Below are positions 60,493 through 64,000 of a stretch of DNA of 64,000 nucleotides, in pieces. This stretch comes from an uncultured Nitrospiraceae bacterium (GTDB lineage: Bacteria > Nitrospirota > Nitrospiria > Nitrospirales > Nitrospiraceae). How positions within the stretch are numbered: position 1 is the stretch's first letter; each line of letters begins with the position of its first letter. The stretch lies in the NCBI GenBank assembly GCA_963730935.1, contig CAVSTP010000002.1, positions 928,001 through 992,000 on the forward strand, written 5' to 3'. Both the position numbers and the translations under genes were made by a program. The notes beneath the pieces are model-generated. The model had not been told where the DNA came from. It saw only the letters and a list, made by a program, of their open reading frames with translations, and did no database searches.

Positions 60493-61833
60493 TTACGTCG
60501 TTTTGACCGCGTAGTCGCTGACTTCGGTCACCGTCGTCCGGCTCCCTTGCTTGCGCCGGCGGGCCACGGCCCAGTTCTCTTTCCAATTCAACACGAAAAA
60601 GAGGTAGTAGACAACTTTAAAGAGGAAAAGCGGGAAACGCATCTTTGATTGTTCGAAGACGTCGCCGGCGAGCAGCGAGAGCACCGCTCGTTCAATTTTT
60701 GGTGGGCGCCTAGTCGACACGAACAACGCCTCGAACGCCGGCTGGTTGAATCTGTGGATAAACCAGGAAAAGGTGTCGATCCCCCGACGCACGCTCCTCT
60801 CGAAGTTCTTTAGCCGGGCGCCATAATCCGGAGCACCGCGCAGGAAGGCGTCGACAACGCCCGCACCGATGGTGCCGCTGTTCAGGGCGAGGTGCACGCC
60901 GCTGGAAAATACCGGGTCAATAAAGGCGAACGCGTCTCCGACCATCAGGTATCCCTCGCCAGTCATGGTCTCCCTACGGTACGAGAAATTGGCCGCCGCA
61001 TACGTCGGCGTCAATGCCCTAGCCCGTTCCATTCGTTTGGCGATCGGCGGCGATTGACGCAGCGCGTCCAACAGAAACTGATCGAGGGACGTCCGGCGGG
61101 ATTTGATGTAATCGGGATGGCAGACCACGCCCACGCTCATCGTTCCGTCTTTGAAGGGAATGAGCCAGCACCAGCCGTCGTCGAGCCAGCCCGCGGTGAT
61201 ATTGCCCTCATCCATCCCGGTGAGCCTGGTGACGCCTTCAAAATGGCCGAACACGGCCGCGCTGCCATGTTTCTTACTCCGGTGCTTTCCACCCATTTGA
61301 CCGGACAGAAACGTGTCGCGGCCGCTTGCATCGACCACGAATCGGGTCTCCCATGTGCATGGACGTCCTTGTCGATCCTCTGCATGGACCAACGAGGTCC
61401 GGCCGGGCCGAAACTCAACGCGGTGGGCCTTGGTGCCCTCGTGGAAGTGGACGCCTTTGGCGACCGCATTCTTGGAGAGAATGTCATCGAATTCGGCCCG
61501 CTTGACTTCAAAGGCATAGGGTTGCGATTCATCAAAGGCCTTGGAGAAATGGAACATCTGTGACCGGCCATGCCGATAGCTGACCAGTTCGGCGCCGTAT
61601 TTAATAATGCCGATTTTCTCGACTTCCGGGAGGACTCCCAGCCGTTGCAGCATCGGAAGAGACTGCGGCAGCAATGATTCGCCGATATGAAACCGGGGAT
61701 GTGAATCCTTTTCGAGGACATGCACCTTCCAGCCCAGTTCCGCGAGCAACGCAGAAATCGTGGAACCGGCCGGTCCACCTCCGACCACTAGAACGTCACA
61801 TTCTTGTGGACGCGAAACAAGATGGTCGTGCAT
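60493..61833 (-). CDS. FAD-dependent halogenase-family oxidoreductase
   Basis: GGGPAG, PRFHIGESLLP, IKYGA, WCWLIP (WxWxIP), GDAFAFIDPVFSSGV. Confidence 0.88.
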   Translation of the reverse strand: MHDHLVSRPQECDVLVVGGGPAGSTISALLAELGWKVHVLEKDSHPRFHIGESLLPQSLPMLQRLGVLPEVEKIGIIKYGAELVSYRHGRSQMFHFSKAFDESQPYAFEVKRAEFDDILSKNAVAKGVHFHEGTKAHRVEFRPGRTSLVHAEDRQGRPCTWETRFVVDASGRDTFLSGQMGGKHRSKKHGSAAVFGHFEGVTRLTGMDEGNITAGWLDDGWCWLIPFKDGTMSVGVVCHPDYIKSRRTSLDQFLLDALRQSPPIAKRMERARALTPTYAAANFSYRRETMTGEGYLMVGDAFAFIDPVFSSGVHLALNSGTIGAGVVDAFLRGAPDYGARLKNFERSVRRGIDTFSWFIHRFNQPAFEALFVSTRRPPKIERAVLSLLAGDVFEQSKMRFPLFLFKVVYYLFFVLNWKENWAVARRRKQGSRTTVTEVSDYAVKTT

Positions 61834-61903
61834 CGATCGTATTGCCTTCTCTCCAATTGATGGGGAGTATACCCAAGAAACACCACGTTGGCTAGTTGAC
61901 CGC

Positions 61904-61919
61904 TGCAGAAACGCGGCCA
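61904..61919 (-). promoter_or_regulatory. Possible sigma54 promoter of the halogenase-chorismatase operon
   Basis: Minus strand TGGCCGCGTTTCTGCA with GG-N10-GC spacing, 70 nt before ATG 61833. Confidence 0.4.
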
Positions 61920-62029
61920 TGCCTACAGTGTTTTCGTTGACCGATTATTGTTAACGTGCTAGTCTCCGCCCGCAGTTCCCATTACAGATAAGTATCGGCG
62001 AATTTCACCGTCGGATAAGGAGGGAGAGT

Positions 62030-62356
62030 ATGAAGGTAGTGGGCATCGTACTCACCGCCGTGCTTCTTCTCGGCACAGCGGCGTGTCATTCCACACGTGT
62101 TCAGATTCCAACGGCTCCCATTGGTCCGAATGAAAAATCGCTGGGTGCAACTTGGGGCGATGACGTGGGTCTGCTTTTGTTCGGATTTATTCCGATCCGA
62201 CAGAACGACCGGTTCGTTGAGGCCTACAACGAAGCTGTCCAGAAGGCTGGAGCGACGAGGTTGACGGACGTGACGATCTCGGAACGATGGTGGTGGGGGT
62301 ATGTCATTAACGGCTACGTCTTTAAGGTAGAAGGCACGGCTGTGACCAATAAGTAA
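62030..62356 (+). CDS. Small lipoprotein (TRL/Bor/YbjQ-like fold suspected), paralog 1
   Basis: TAAC lipobox; G.LLFGFIPI, A..EA..KAG..RLTDVTI, FKVEGTAV. Confidence 0.85.
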   Translation: MKVVGIVLTAVLLLGTAACHSTRVQIPTAPIGPNEKSLGATWGDDVGLLLFGFIPIRQNDRFVEAYNEAVQKAGATRLTDVTISERWWWGYVINGYVFKVEGTAVTNK

Positions 62357-62382
62357 TACCACCCGCAATTGAGGAGAACACT

Positions 62383-62706
62383 ATGAAATCCGCTGGGCTA
62401 CTTCTTGGAATCTGTCTTGCCTTGACCACCGCTTGCGTCTCGACACCGCTCAAGTTTCCGAGCGCACCAATTGGTCCGAATGAAAAGGCCTTGGGAAAGA
62501 CCGAGGCCACCAGCACAGGCATCATGCTGTTCGGGTTTATTCCCATCAACCAAAACACTCGCTTTGAAGATGCGATTCGAGAAGCCGCCGCGAAAGCCGG
62601 TGGAACGAGGCTGACGGATGTCACCATCTCAGAACAATGGTTTTGGGCATTGGTGCTTGATGGGTTTATTTTTAAAGTCGAAGGTACAGCGGTCGCAAAT
62701 AAATAG
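62383..62706 (+). CDS. Small lipoprotein, paralog 2
   Basis: GAGGAG RBS; TTAC lipobox; shares APIGPNEK, LFGFIPI, RLTDVTISE and FKVEGTAV with paralog 1. Confidence 0.85.
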   Translation: MKSAGLLLGICLALTTACVSTPLKFPSAPIGPNEKALGKTEATSTGIMLFGFIPINQNTRFEDAIREAAAKAGGTRLTDVTISEQWFWALVLDGFIFKVEGTAVANK

Positions 62707-62924
62707 CGAGGCCGGTCACCGTACGTGTAACCGTTGGAAACGAGCTTCGGCACACAAGCAGGATGGATGCGCCGAAGCTCGTGACCGGTGGTCTACCTGA
62801 CAGACTCTCCATCTGTGGCCGGTGCTCTTCCGGCTGCTCCACATCGTGCGGCAAGGCTCTCCCTCTCAATCGTTTTGCTGTCTTTCCTGAACGGGCTCAA
62901 ACCCGGTAAGATTCGAATAGGCCG

Positions 62925-63698
62925 ATGTTGCCCAAAAACATCCTCGACCAATTCTTCGTCTTTCATCCGGAGCGCTGGCATGACAAGGACTGGCGCGCCG
63001 CGAGCGGGCTTCCGCTTGAAGACGTCTGGTTTCAGGCAGCCGACGGCACGAAGCTCTTCGGGTGGTACGTCGAGGCACGGGCGGATCGTCCCGTCATTAT
63101 CTGGTGTCACGGCAACGCGGGAAACATCGTCCACCGGCTCGACAATCTCCGTTTATTGTTCCAGCGGGATCTGTCCGTTTTTCTCTTCGACTACCGAGGT
63201 TACGGGAGAAGCCAGGGTTTGCGGCCCAGCGAAGAAGGCCTATATTTTGACGCGATGGGCGCCCATGAGTATCTGACGCGTATCCGAATGATCAGGCCGG
63301 AGCGCCTGGTCATCTTCGGGCGATCGTTGGGCGCGGCAGTAGCCGCCGACCTCGCCGTCCACAAGCCTGCGTCCGGACTCATTCTGGAATCGGCGTTCCC
63401 CTCCATCGAAGCGGTCACCAAGTTCTATTATGGCGGCCTGCCCGTGCATTGGCTGCTGGGCGCCGAGTTTCGATTGATTGATCGAGTCCCGGCGCTCTCG
63501 CTGCCCAAACTCATCATCCATGGAGATCAGGACGATATCATTCCGCTTGAACTGGGCCGGCAGGTGTTCGAGGCGGCGAAGCCGCCCAAGTCCTTTCATC
63601 TTGTCCCGGGCGCGACCCACAACAACACGTATCAGGTCGGCGGAGCCTCGTACTTCGAGGCGTTCGCCGGCTTCGCCGCCCGTGCAATGCGCTCGTAG
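62925..63698 (+). CDS. Alpha/beta hydrolase (ABHD/Bem46-like)
   Basis: CHGNAGN, DYRGYGRS, GRSLG (Ser), HGDQD (Asp), GATHN (His). Confidence 0.92.
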   Translation: MLPKNILDQFFVFHPERWHDKDWRAASGLPLEDVWFQAADGTKLFGWYVEARADRPVIIWCHGNAGNIVHRLDNLRLLFQRDLSVFLFDYRGYGRSQGLRPSEEGLYFDAMGAHEYLTRIRMIRPERLVIFGRSLGAAVAADLAVHKPASGLILESAFPSIEAVTKFYYGGLPVHWLLGAEFRLIDRVPALSLPKLIIHGDQDDIIPLELGRQVFEAAKPPKSFHLVPGATHNNTYQVGGASYFEAFAGFAARAMRS

Positions 63699-63793
63699 AA
63701 CCAAAAAATAATTTGGCGAGCGGTGGAACTTTTGGTACAGTGCGCGGCGATGTCCTCACACCTTCTTCCCACGACCGGTCTGAACCAGTAAGA

Positions 63794-64000
63794 ATGTCCC
63801 CTATGGGAATCCTGCTAGCGCTCCCTCTGCTCCTCTTGTTGACGGGGTGTGCCGGAACCTCAGCCCTCGACCCGGTGGGGGGGCAGGTCTCACATGAGGC
63901 CAATCAAGCGATCCCGCCGCGCGTCCTCTTGGCAGAAGCTGGAGACTTCCCGATTGCTGATCTGCCGTCGGTTGCGGCGAAAAGCCCCCCCCTCGGCGGC
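63794..64000 (+). CDS. Putative lipoprotein, 3' truncated by the window
   Basis: MSPMGILLALPLLLLLTGC lipobox; frame open to the window end. Confidence 0.6.
   Translation, partial: MSPMGILLALPLLLLLTGCAGTSALDPVGGQVSHEANQAIPPRVLLAEAGDFPIADLPSVAAKSPPLGG

Overview
Chromosomal window from a fairly GC-rich Gram-negative bacterium. Gene content and style suggest Nitrospira/Nitrospiraceae (inference). Single-base indels split several genes, most likely sequencing or consensus errors. Layout: (1) 1-16.3 kb, the 3' end of an exopolysaccharide cluster with an AsnB amidotransferase, two DegT aminotransferases, a GT4, a WecA fusion, an epimerase, a deacetylase, a methyltransferase, two helix-less OPX proteins and an outer-membrane beta-barrel. 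(2) 16.7-21.2 kb, small secreted/periplasmic proteins, including a di-heme protein and a His/Pro/Cys-rich peptide. (3) 21.6-35.9 kb, a sigma54-type fimT-pilV-pilW-pilX-orf-pilY1 operon, an Ig lipoprotein, a short secretin and a 1211-aa TPR/linker/TM protein. (4) 36-40.6 kb, general enzymes. (5) 40.8-46.8 kb, uncharacterised envelope modules: an LPP20/DUF4384 lipoprotein with a secreted caspase-like protease, then DUF3015, a DUF4105/Lnb-like Cys-His enzyme with a beta-barrel, and a small OMP. (6) 46.9-63.7 kb, a xanthomonadin-like aryl-polyene cluster with chorismatase and flavin-dependent halogenase, plus two tandem lipoprotein pairs. No rRNA, tRNA, CRISPR array or transposase was recognised.
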